32,000 nucleotides of DNA from Mucisphaera calidilacus (GTDB lineage Bacteria; Planctomycetota; Phycisphaerae; Phycisphaerales; Phycisphaeraceae), in assembly GCF_007748075.1 (NCBI RefSeq), contig NZ_CP036280.1, positions 1,620,001-1,652,000 of the forward strand. The letters are read 5' to 3'. The first letter of the stretch is position 1; each line of letters opens with the position of its first letter. The notes beneath the pieces were generated by a model that was not told where the DNA came from, made no database searches, and saw nothing but the letters and a program-made list of their open reading frames with translations. A program made the position numbers and the translations under genes. This document shows, piece by piece, positions 1 to 8,215 of the stretch.

Positions 1-341
1 CCCCTCGTCTTTACTATGTGTCCTGGGGCATGCTGATGTCGTTGACACTCAGCCTTGTCCTGATGCGGCTGTGGCTTCCCGGCGTGTTGATGTCGGCTGT
101 CCGTTTCCTGAGCTCGGCGTCGCTGTGGATCTATCTCTGGCACATCGCGGTGCTGTATATCATCCGCTGGCATCTCGGGGGCGTCGAGGTGCTCAAGAAC
201 CACTGGATCAAGTTCGGCGTGGTGCTGGTGACCGCATCCCTGATCACGCTGGCACACCGCCTGGTATTCCGTTGGCTCAGTCGGCGGCTGGAGCCGCTCC
301 CGCCCCTCGCGGGCTTCGTGCGACTGGCGTTTCTCAAGTAA
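1..341 (+). CDS. 3' end of an integral-membrane protein gene, probably acyltransferase family 3 (O-acyltransferase-like); the 5' end lies outside the window
   Basis: The frame of the 18..341 ORF stays open back to the window edge. The product is almost all hydrophobic helices (LMSLTLSLVLMRLWLPGVL, LWIYLWHIAVLYIIRW, FGVVLVTASLITLAH), like the C-terminal helices of acyltransferase_3 proteins. TAA at 339-341. Confidence 0.4.
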   Translation, partial: PRLYYVSWGMLMSLTLSLVLMRLWLPGVLMSAVRFLSSASLWIYLWHIAVLYIIRWHLGGVEVLKNHWIKFGVVLVTASLITLAHRLVFRWLSRRLEPLPPLAGFVRLAFLK

Positions 342-353
342 CAGGAGGCCTCC

Positions 354-2261
354 ATGCCCTGCACGGATCAAACGCTGTCTTGCGCGGGGCTTGTTGTCCT
401 GGCGCTGTCTTTCTTCGTCAGTCTGTCGCCGCCATCCGTGCGTGCGGATTCGATACCGAGCGACGTCGATGACGCCATCACGTATCTCGACCTGACCTAC
501 CTCAATCACCTTGACCTTGCGGATGGCGCACAGGCGCGTGAAGCCTGGGACACGCTTCACATGGTCGCCACCGTTCAGGGGATTGTGAACAGGGACCGGC
601 CCCGGCTGTATATCCGGTTCATCGAGCGTGCGGATGACTTCTGGTGGGCCTATCTCCGAGAGGAGGGGCAGTGGCTTGATGGCCGGGAGGTGGTCAGGGT
701 CCGCTCGCTCGAGCAGTTGCTCGCACGCTTCGAGCACCTGCTCAAGGGCATCGTGGTCTACCGCGAGCGGCCGTGGGTGAGTTCGAATCTGGCGAGCACG
801 ATCGCCGGTGTCGAAGACCGTGTCGCGTTGCGGTATTCGGACCGACGCGATTCTGTCTGCCAGCGCGTGCTGCGCAGCGGCCTGGATTTTGTCGGTGATC
901 GTTTCGACCTGTCCGACGAGCGGGGACGACCGATCTGGAGCGTCGAGGATGAGAAGCTCGGGACCACATCGGGCAGCGTCAAGTGTGATGCTTACCGGTG
1001 GCTCAGGCGTCATTACCTGGATACGGGCCGGGTTTCGGCAGAGTACATGGGCTACTACATCGATGCCTTCTGGCTGACGGATCCGGACAAGAGCCAGGTT
1101 TCGAACTGCACCCTGTCGAATCACGATTTCTTCATCGCTCAACGCTCGCTGTTCTTCGATCTTCATGTCTGGGGGGACGAAACGCCCGTCGACGATCCCT
1201 CACAGGCCGAGGGCACGGACGTGGCGACGCTTCACCACCTTCTGCACGGCATGCAGGAGCACGCCGACGGGGAGATTTATCACATCGGCGGGTTTACGCC
1301 CTGGGCTTGGAAGTACACGAGTCATCCGGGTGCCGGTTCCCGGCACGGTCCGGTCCCGACCGAGTGGAAGATGGTGCGCGAGACATCGGCCTACAACGGG
1401 TACATCGATGCCGACGCGCTGGGGTTCTCGGGCATGGCCAACGCCTCGTTCTATCAGCACTTCCCGCTGCGTGAGCACTACCCTCAGAACACGAAGCCGA
1501 CGGATGCTGATCTGCGTCGATCCGGGTTCCTGTCGGGTGACAACCGTGTGGCGGATCAGACCTATGTTTTGCTCTACATGGGCGACTACGACTCCGCGGC
1601 GTGGTTCTATCAGCGGATGCCGGATCTGTATAACGACTCCGCTCGGGGTGATCTGACCTGCAACTGGGCCTTCAGCCCGATCCTGGACCGTCGTGCCCCG
1701 CACGTGATGCATTACGTGCGCACGCGGAGCACCGATCGTGACTGGTTCGTCACCAGCGACAACGGTGCCGGCTATCTCAACCCGTCGATGCTGACCGCGC
1801 CACGGCAGAACCCGGCGATCGAGGATGGGTGGGAAGCGTGGATCCGCCATAACCAGCAGGCGTCGAGGCGTTACGACCTGACGATCGTCGGATTCCTGAT
1901 CGACGGGTTTGCGCCAGACATGGGCCGCAAGGGCATGGATGGTTATTCGCGTATCAGCCCCGATGGCATCGTTCGGAATCAGTACAGCGAACGGTTCGGC
2001 CTGCACGATGGGGTCATGCCGTATGTCCGGGCAACGTCGGACATCGGCGGCACGCCCGAACAGGCCGCGGCCCGCGTGCTCGCAAGGGTCGGTGAGGATC
2101 CGGTTCAGTTCCTGATGTTCCGGAGTATCCTGCAGTCACCCGTCTGGCACCAGCAGGTGATCGAGCGGATCAAGGAACAGGATCCGGAGGATCGGATCCG
2201 TTTCCTGGATGCTTACTCCTTCTTCCGGCTTGTTCGACATCACGAGCAGAGTCGGCGGTGA
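354..2261 (+). CDS. Secreted GxGYxYP-family-like protein (putative glycoside hydrolase, activity unknown)
   Basis: AGGAGG at 343-348 sits 5 nt before the ATG. Signal peptide LVVLALSFFVSLSPPSVRA/DS. N-terminal LHMVATVQGIVNR..PRLYI and C-terminal SDNGAGYLNP (a variant of the GxGYxYP signature). The ORF is long with no credible competitor. Confidence 0.55.
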   Translation: MPCTDQTLSCAGLVVLALSFFVSLSPPSVRADSIPSDVDDAITYLDLTYLNHLDLADGAQAREAWDTLHMVATVQGIVNRDRPRLYIRFIERADDFWWAYLREEGQWLDGREVVRVRSLEQLLARFEHLLKGIVVYRERPWVSSNLASTIAGVEDRVALRYSDRRDSVCQRVLRSGLDFVGDRFDLSDERGRPIWSVEDEKLGTTSGSVKCDAYRWLRRHYLDTGRVSAEYMGYYIDAFWLTDPDKSQVSNCTLSNHDFFIAQRSLFFDLHVWGDETPVDDPSQAEGTDVATLHHLLHGMQEHADGEIYHIGGFTPWAWKYTSHPGAGSRHGPVPTEWKMVRETSAYNGYIDADALGFSGMANASFYQHFPLREHYPQNTKPTDADLRRSGFLSGDNRVADQTYVLLYMGDYDSAAWFYQRMPDLYNDSARGDLTCNWAFSPILDRRAPHVMHYVRTRSTDRDWFVTSDNGAGYLNPSMLTAPRQNPAIEDGWEAWIRHNQQASRRYDLTIVGFLIDGFAPDMGRKGMDGYSRISPDGIVRNQYSERFGLHDGVMPYVRATSDIGGTPEQAAARVLARVGEDPVQFLMFRSILQSPVWHQQVIERIKEQDPEDRIRFLDAYSFFRLVRHHEQSRR

Positions 2262-2292
2262 TCGCGTCAGCGGTTGCACCCCCGGGGCATGA

Positions 2293-2320
2293 CCCGCCGA
2301 GTTCTCCAAGTCTCGGCGGG
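2293..2320. terminator. GC-rich hairpin between convergent genes (candidate bidirectional terminator, no U-tract)
   Basis: Perfect 9-bp inverted repeat CCCGCCGAG (2293-2301) / CTCGGCGGG (2312-2320) with a 10-nt loop. It lies in the 89-nt gap between the stops at 2261 (+) and 2351 (-). Confidence 0.35.
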
Positions 2321-2350
2321 CCATGAGAATGCTCTGATACGTCGGCGAAG

Positions 2351-4765
2351 CTACTCGTTCTCGAGCAGCTTGATCATCTCTTCGCCGGCCAGGAGAAAGG
2401 CACCGACGCCGTATTCATAGGAGGCACCGGGTTGGACACGGTCGGGGCCGGCACCGATCCGCTGCACGTAACCCATGCCGCCGTCCGGGTAAACACACCC
2501 GGTCAGTCCCTTCCATGCGAGTTTCGCGGCCTGCTCGTAGCGTGGCTCGGTGAGGACGCCGTTGTTGACGCCCCAGGCGAGGCCGAAGCAGAAGAAACCG
2601 CTGCCGCTGGCCTCGGGCACGATGTGAAACTCGGGGTCGAGGAGACCGGAACGCCAGAGGCCGTCACGCCCGTCCTGGATGGAGACGATCTTGTCGGCCA
2701 TCTCTCGGTAGATCCTGATGAAGTAGGGACGGTCGGGGTGATCCTCCGGCATGTACTGCAGGACTCGGACCAGCCCGCCGAAGACCCAGCCGTTGCCCCG
2801 CGACCAGAAGACCGATTCGCCGTTCCTCTCCTTCTTGTTGAAGTAGTGGCGGTCGCGGAAGTAGAGGTGCTGTTCCTTGTCGTAGAGAAACTCGGTGGCG
2901 TCCTTCCACATGTCGATGGTGAACTCGAGATACTTCGGGTCGCCGGTCACCCGGGAGAGCCTCGCGTAGGCGGGTGGGGCCATGAACAGGGCGTCGCACC
3001 ACCAGTAATCGACGCGCCCGGGCTTGGGATCGGCGATCATCTGGTCGAAGCGTGCCCGTGTGTCGGCGATCCGGTTCAGGTCGGGCTGGACCTCGTACAG
3101 CTCGGTGTAGAGCTGGCCGATGGTGTGGTCGTCTGCGTGGCGTACGTCGAGGGTGTCGCCGAGTTTCCACTGGTTGATCTCGGCGAGTTCGGTGGCGACG
3201 TCCAGGTATCGCTGGTCCTGGGTTGTGCGATAGACGGCCATGATGCCGGTCATCAAGGCACCGCGGACCCAGCCCGCCGGCTCGTGGACGTGGCGTGTGC
3301 CGCGCGAGCCGTAACCGGCGAGGTGGTCGATCTGCCAATCAGCGACCTTGGCCACGAGGCGTCGGCTGTAGTCGGCGGTCGGTTCGGGGAGTTCCATGAT
3401 CAGCCGGGTTATGACGCTTGTAGCCCGGTCCTTGTCGACCCGGGGCCTGAGCAGGACACCGGTCCCTCCGGCGATCGTGAGCTTCGCCTTCTGGTTCTGA
3501 AGCGAGAGGGGCCCGGTCTGGCCGTCGAGCCAGCTGAGTGCGTCGACCCCGACGACCGTGGGGTCGAACGTCAGCGTGATGGTGTCAGCCAGTTCGGACG
3601 CGGACTGCCCGGGGCCGTGTCGCTTGTTCACCACCCAGGCGTAGTCGTTGCCCTGCTCGTCCTTGAAGAATCCGATCACGGCGTCCTTGGCGTCGATGCC
3701 CGCGATCCACGACGTCTTGGGCTGGAACCGCTTGTGGCCGGGCGCGGGGTGGTTGTGCACGACCTCCACGCTCGTGAGATCGAGCAGCAGATCGCCCACC
3801 TGGAGCACGGCGTGGTTGATGCCTTTGACGACGTCGTAGAGGTCTGTCGGCTGACCGTCTCGCGGGTCGACGATGGCCACGTCGTCCCACCGGTGCCACC
3901 CGACGGGCCCCCAGTAGGTGAAGTACCAGAGCCCCTTGGCGCCGTAGGCGAGGTTGGTGAACTGCTTGTAGCGAACATCACTCTCGCTGGGACGACGGTA
4001 GCGGTAGTGCTTGATCGTCATGGCAAAGGCCCAGAAGGGGACGTCGTGCTCCAGGCTCTTTCTGCGGAAGAGGTCGAGGTTGTCGTAGTGGGCCTGATCC
4101 CTTGTCGCGCCGTCGGCCATCATGATGTAGTGGTCGTAGCTGAGGATGGGCATGCCCTCGGCGACCGCTCGGTCGATGACCGTCTCGGTATCGGGATCTC
4201 CCTGCGCGAAGGGCGGGAGCATATTGAAGAGGGCGTAACGCGTCGGGTCCTGCGTCATGAGCGCGTGGACCTCTCGGATCGCTGCGTCCACGGCCTCGGG
4301 GCCGTGCGGCTCGTCGTGGGTGAACCAGCCGATCGGCTCGGATGGATGACCGGTGTAGCGGACCCTGCGGTCGGGCAGGCCAAAACCCTGGGTCTGGCGG
4401 AAGGCCATGATGTCGAGGCCGGCGGCGCTGGCCATCCGCATTGCCCGGTCGAATCCGCTGTCCGGATTGGCCGCGTAGATCGTGAAGCCCGCGTCCCGGT
4501 AGCGTTTGAAGTCGACCGGCTGCGCGGTTCCGGGTGGGCCCCACCACGCGATGATCGGGAACTTGTCGAATACCCAGGGCTTCTTATCGACCCTGGCGTA
4601 ACGCGGGACTGATGCGTCGGCGGGTGATGCCGCCGTTCGGGCCGGGTGTGTCGGTGACGAGGCATCTGTCTCGCGTGCCTGCGCACAGGATGCGCAGTGC
4701 AGCAACGCGAAGATGATCGCCAGTGTGGCTGCGAAGCTTCTGGCTGCGTGATTCTTCATGATCAT
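2351..4765 (-). CDS. Secreted two-module enzyme: N-terminal unassigned DEP-motif hydrolase-like domain plus beta-sandwich, fused to a C-terminal GH105/GH88-type unsaturated rhamnogalacturonyl/glucuronyl hydrolase
   Basis: GGAG 7 nt upstream of the ATG. Signal peptide ...ALLHCASCAQA/RE. The C-terminal ~350 aa (about 2351-3403) carry YteR/GH105-like motifs: DYWWCDALFMAPPAY, VFWSRGNGWVFGGL, DGLWRSGLLDP, EASGSGFFCFGLAWG. The N-terminal part (about 3448-4588) has GWFTHDEPHG (DEP codons at 4307-4315), ILSYDHYIM and GAKGLWYFTYWGP, which align with the proteins at 19111-20901 and 20949-22625. Confidence 0.8.
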   Translation of the reverse strand: MIMKNHAARSFAATLAIIFALLHCASCAQARETDASSPTHPARTAASPADASVPRYARVDKKPWVFDKFPIIAWWGPPGTAQPVDFKRYRDAGFTIYAANPDSGFDRAMRMASAAGLDIMAFRQTQGFGLPDRRVRYTGHPSEPIGWFTHDEPHGPEAVDAAIREVHALMTQDPTRYALFNMLPPFAQGDPDTETVIDRAVAEGMPILSYDHYIMMADGATRDQAHYDNLDLFRRKSLEHDVPFWAFAMTIKHYRYRRPSESDVRYKQFTNLAYGAKGLWYFTYWGPVGWHRWDDVAIVDPRDGQPTDLYDVVKGINHAVLQVGDLLLDLTSVEVVHNHPAPGHKRFQPKTSWIAGIDAKDAVIGFFKDEQGNDYAWVVNKRHGPGQSASELADTITLTFDPTVVGVDALSWLDGQTGPLSLQNQKAKLTIAGGTGVLLRPRVDKDRATSVITRLIMELPEPTADYSRRLVAKVADWQIDHLAGYGSRGTRHVHEPAGWVRGALMTGIMAVYRTTQDQRYLDVATELAEINQWKLGDTLDVRHADDHTIGQLYTELYEVQPDLNRIADTRARFDQMIADPKPGRVDYWWCDALFMAPPAYARLSRVTGDPKYLEFTIDMWKDATEFLYDKEQHLYFRDRHYFNKKERNGESVFWSRGNGWVFGGLVRVLQYMPEDHPDRPYFIRIYREMADKIVSIQDGRDGLWRSGLLDPEFHIVPEASGSGFFCFGLAWGVNNGVLTEPRYEQAAKLAWKGLTGCVYPDGGMGYVQRIGAGPDRVQPGASYEYGVGAFLLAGEEMIKLLENE

Positions 4766-4826
4766 GACCTACTCCAGAGGAAAACAGTTGAAGTGTGATT
4801 CATCGGGGGGAATGGTTGGCGTGATC

Positions 4827-7800
4827 TCAGGGTTCCTGAGACGGATCTGCTACGGATTGGAAGTAATACCTGCCCGAACCGATCGTGCAGGTGACATATC
4901 CCTCTTGCTTCTTCCGGATCACGACACCCGATGCCGCCGCAAGCGGCTTGTCGGATTCGGTGATAAGGCCGGCGGGGATGTGGATCGTCGCGGTGGTGTT
5001 GACGGGCACCGAGATCTCCCACGAGAAGACCGCTGCGTCTCGTTGCCAGTGACTCATCACGTCGCCGTAGGGTGTTTGGTGCTGTGCGTTGACGTGCGTC
5101 AGCCCTTCCGGGGCGTGCGGCCTCAGCTCGAAGTGCTCAAAGCCGGGATAAGCCGGGTCGGGCCGTATGCCCGCGAGGTCCTCGAAGCACCAGATCACGA
5201 GGTCGCCGAGCAGCATGACGTGGTTGCTGCTGTTCATAGCGGGGTTGGCGGTATCGCCGTTCCACAGCTCCCAGATGGTGGTAGCCCCCCTCTCGACCAT
5301 GTAGCCCCAGCTGGGGTAGTCGGAATTGGTCGCCAGCGTGTACGCGAGATCGACGTGGCCGTTCTCGGTCAGGGTACGCATCAGCCACTGCCCTCCGATG
5401 AGGCCGGTCCCGAGGTGGCTGTCGGTCTTTTCGCGGATGTGGCTGGTCAGGTAATCGAGGACCCGTTCGCGCCGTTCGTCGGGAACCATGCCGAAGGCGA
5501 GCGGCAGGACCTGCGACGTCTGCGATCCGTTGCCGTAGCACCCGGTTTGCTCATCGAACAGCGTCGCGTTGAACGCGTTCCGTACCGCTTCCGCTTCTGC
5601 GCGATAGGCCTTGGCCTCCTCGGTGCGGTCGAGCAGATCGGCGTAGCGGGCCATCTCGCGGAGGCACATGTAGTAGTAGCTCGTGGCGAGCAGCCGCCCT
5701 GGTGTTTTTCGCCATTCCTGCTGGCTGTGAATCAGCTCCTCGCTCTCGGGCGGGCAGCACCAGTCGCCATAGCGATCCCGGTCGATGGTGCCGTCGTCGT
5801 CCTTCTGCGCTCGGAGGTAGTCGATCCACTTCACCAGCGACGGATAGCATTGCTCGACGGAACGCAGCTCCCCGTACTGCTGATGGAGTGTGCCCGGGAT
5901 CACCACGAAAGCCGCGGGCCATGTGACGTTGCCGCTGTAGAACTCCCAGTAGTTGGGAGCGACGTCGGGGACCACGCCCTCCGCGTTCTGGGCATCACGG
6001 ATGTCGCCCATCCACTTTTCATAGAGCAGCAGGTTGTTGAAGAGGTAGGTCTCGCCGAGTTGTTCGGCGGTCCGGTCCCCCAGCCAGCCGTGCCGCTCGT
6101 CGCGTTGTGGGCAGTCGGTCGGGATGGACAGATAATTGCCCCGGATCCCCCAGCGGGCGTTGCGTACCACCTGATTGATAACCTCGTTGGAGCAGTCAAA
6201 GACCCCGGTGATAGGCAAGTCGGTGTGGATCACTTCGCCGCGCAGCGTCTGCTCCGTCGGCTTGCCGGGATAGCCCGTGATCTCGACGTATCGGAAGCCG
6301 TGATAGGTAAAGCTGGGCGTATATTGTTCGGGCCCGCCCCCGCGGAGGATGTAGGTGTCGGTGCATTCCGCGGCCCGGAGATTGCGCATGTCGAGCGTGC
6401 CGTCCGGGTAGAGTTTCTCGGCAAAGCGCATCTGAACACCGGTGCCGGCTGGCCCTTCGACCTTGAGACTGCACCGCCCGACGAAGTTCTGGCCGAAGTC
6501 ATAGATATAGACGCCGTCTTTCACCTCGGTGATCGAGACCGGATCGATGACCTGCGTGACACGCATCGGCTGCATCAGCGACGCGGACGTCAGCTGACCG
6601 TCGGGCCGTTTCATCCTGTCGGCGGCCTGCCATGATTCGTCGTCGTAATCGGCCTGGGCCCACGGGCCGAGGTCGCGTCGCGCATCGTAGTACTCGCCGT
6701 CGTAGTCGTTGTTGTTGCGGATCGGGCCGTTGTCGGTCACCCGCCAGTCCGGGTTGCTGAGAATCATCTGGCGCAGGCCGTCCTCGTACTCGACCTCGAT
6801 CTGAAGCAGGAGCGACGGCTTGCCGAAGTCCCTTGTGGGCACGGGCACCGACGTGTGCGGCGCGAAATAGCGGCCCGCTCCGAGCACGGCACCGATCGCG
6901 TTGGTTCCTTTGTGCAGGGCGTGGGTCACGTCGTAGGTGACGTAGGGCACCTGCTTGGAGTAGTCGCGGAGAATCGGGTCCAGTTCGTGGTCGCCGACCT
7001 TCTGGCCGTTGACGTGCAGCCGGTAGTACCCGAGTCCGCAGACGTAGGCGGTGGCCCGGACGACAGGCCTGTCGAGGTTGACCTCGTTGCGGAGATAGAC
7101 CGCCGGGATACGTCGTCGTGCGGAGGATGTCGCCTGTCCCCACGGGGCCATGCCGTAGGGGCCGATGATCCTGACTTCACCCCAGAGCTCGTCATCGGTC
7201 TCCTGCTCCTGCCAGTCTTCGGGCATGGACGCGGCGGACTCCCACTGCGGATCGGTGACCATCACGTCACGCCTGCCGCTGTCGGATTCGACAACAGCAA
7301 CCGCCATGAGGCCGGCGGGGTTGGGGGCTTCGCCTCCGTTGTTCACCTCGATGGCGATCGTGTTGGTGCCCGCGTGGACCAAGGCCCCAAACTCGAAGAC
7401 GCGTGTCGACGTGTGTCCGAAGTGATCCCCCAGACGCTCGCCGTTGAACCAGAGACGCAGGGAGTCGTCCGCGGTGAGGCAGATCGACGCGTGCGTGACC
7501 CGCTCTCCCTCGGGCCACTCGAACTGGCGCCGGAAGAAGCGCACGCCGGGCGGCACGTCGAGCTGCTCTCCCTCGGTGTGCCAGACCCAGTTGGCTTCGG
7601 CGAGCTGAGCCTGTTCAAACGGCTTGTCGCCGAGCTCATCGGCATCGACCGAGGCCCGCTCCATGCCAATCCATTCTGCCTGCCAGTCACTGGTTTTGAG
7701 CAAGCCCATCGACCATGCCGCGGGTGTGCTCCACGCCGATGGCTGGTCGTCCTTGTCCCACGCCATGACTTTCCAGTAGCACTTCTGTCGCGAGGCCAGC

Positions 7801-8117
7801 GGCTTTCCGGCGTAGGTCACGCCAACGGATTGGCGACTGACGATCTTGCCGCTGTCCCAGAGGTCACCGCGATCCTGTTCGAGTTCTTCGGGGGTGCAGG
7901 CAACGAGCACACGGTAGGCGGTCTGTGCCTGCCCGCGGACCCTGCTCGTCAGCTGCCAACTCAGGCGCGGGGATGTCTCGTCGAGGCCGAGCGGATTCTC
8001 CTGGTACTCACAACGCAGGTAGGTCAGGGCGAGATCGGCCTGGGCGGAGGCGACCGAAGTCAGCACCGTCATGATCATCGCCACACTGACAAGAGCGAGA
8101 AGGCTAGGGATGGACAT
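4827..8117 (-). CDS. Secreted GH78 alpha-L-rhamnosidase
   Basis: Hallmark N-terminal LRCEYQENPLGLDETSPRLSWQL and catalytic-domain DCPQRDERHGWLGDR motifs, plus a C-terminal GH78-like region. I chose the start at 8117 (MSIPSLLALVSVAMIM..ASAQA signal peptide) because AAGGAG lies 9 nt upstream. The longer ORF to 8216 would abut the stop of the upstream gene and adds a non-signal extension. Confidence 0.9.
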   Translation of the reverse strand: MSIPSLLALVSVAMIMTVLTSVASAQADLALTYLRCEYQENPLGLDETSPRLSWQLTSRVRGQAQTAYRVLVACTPEELEQDRGDLWDSGKIVSRQSVGVTYAGKPLASRQKCYWKVMAWDKDDQPSAWSTPAAWSMGLLKTSDWQAEWIGMERASVDADELGDKPFEQAQLAEANWVWHTEGEQLDVPPGVRFFRRQFEWPEGERVTHASICLTADDSLRLWFNGERLGDHFGHTSTRVFEFGALVHAGTNTIAIEVNNGGEAPNPAGLMAVAVVESDSGRRDVMVTDPQWESAASMPEDWQEQETDDELWGEVRIIGPYGMAPWGQATSSARRRIPAVYLRNEVNLDRPVVRATAYVCGLGYYRLHVNGQKVGDHELDPILRDYSKQVPYVTYDVTHALHKGTNAIGAVLGAGRYFAPHTSVPVPTRDFGKPSLLLQIEVEYEDGLRQMILSNPDWRVTDNGPIRNNNDYDGEYYDARRDLGPWAQADYDDESWQAADRMKRPDGQLTSASLMQPMRVTQVIDPVSITEVKDGVYIYDFGQNFVGRCSLKVEGPAGTGVQMRFAEKLYPDGTLDMRNLRAAECTDTYILRGGGPEQYTPSFTYHGFRYVEITGYPGKPTEQTLRGEVIHTDLPITGVFDCSNEVINQVVRNARWGIRGNYLSIPTDCPQRDERHGWLGDRTAEQLGETYLFNNLLLYEKWMGDIRDAQNAEGVVPDVAPNYWEFYSGNVTWPAAFVVIPGTLHQQYGELRSVEQCYPSLVKWIDYLRAQKDDDGTIDRDRYGDWCCPPESEELIHSQQEWRKTPGRLLATSYYYMCLREMARYADLLDRTEEAKAYRAEAEAVRNAFNATLFDEQTGCYGNGSQTSQVLPLAFGMVPDERRERVLDYLTSHIREKTDSHLGTGLIGGQWLMRTLTENGHVDLAYTLATNSDYPSWGYMVERGATTIWELWNGDTANPAMNSSNHVMLLGDLVIWCFEDLAGIRPDPAYPGFEHFELRPHAPEGLTHVNAQHQTPYGDVMSHWQRDAAVFSWEISVPVNTTATIHIPAGLITESDKPLAAASGVVIRKKQEGYVTCTIGSGRYYFQSVADPSQEP

Positions 8118-8215
8118 CGGAGCAAACTCCTTGGTGAGGCATCTGGATAGGTCGTCAGAGACTGCTGCCGGCAGGACACCGTGCCGCGGCTGTTCCTCGT
8201 TCAGTTCGTGACTCA

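Noticed and set aside
775-792. The sequence GAGTTCGAATCTGG, which resembles a tRNA T-arm (GGTTCGAATCC).
   Set aside because: It lies inside the 354-2261 CDS, and no acceptor or anticodon stems can be drawn around it. No intergenic gap other than 10376-10598 and 25642-26028 is long enough for a tRNA, and neither of those contains one.
2432-4612. Very long antisense ORFs opposite the annotated genes: 2432-4612 +, 4758-6635 +, 6855-8150 +, 8822-10141 +, 10536-11390 -, 12249-13295 -, 14332-15192 -, 16502-17617 +, 27614-29005 -, 29970-31403 -, 31339-31992 -.
   Set aside because: These are typical shadow ORFs of GC-rich DNA. Their products are low-complexity runs rich in V, D, G, R, A, H and L, with no recognisable motifs. 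The opposite strand carries unambiguous family signatures in every case (GH105, GH78, GH-A-like, BNR, NCS1, Gfo/Idh/MocA, heparinase II/III-like, GH29, sulfatase).
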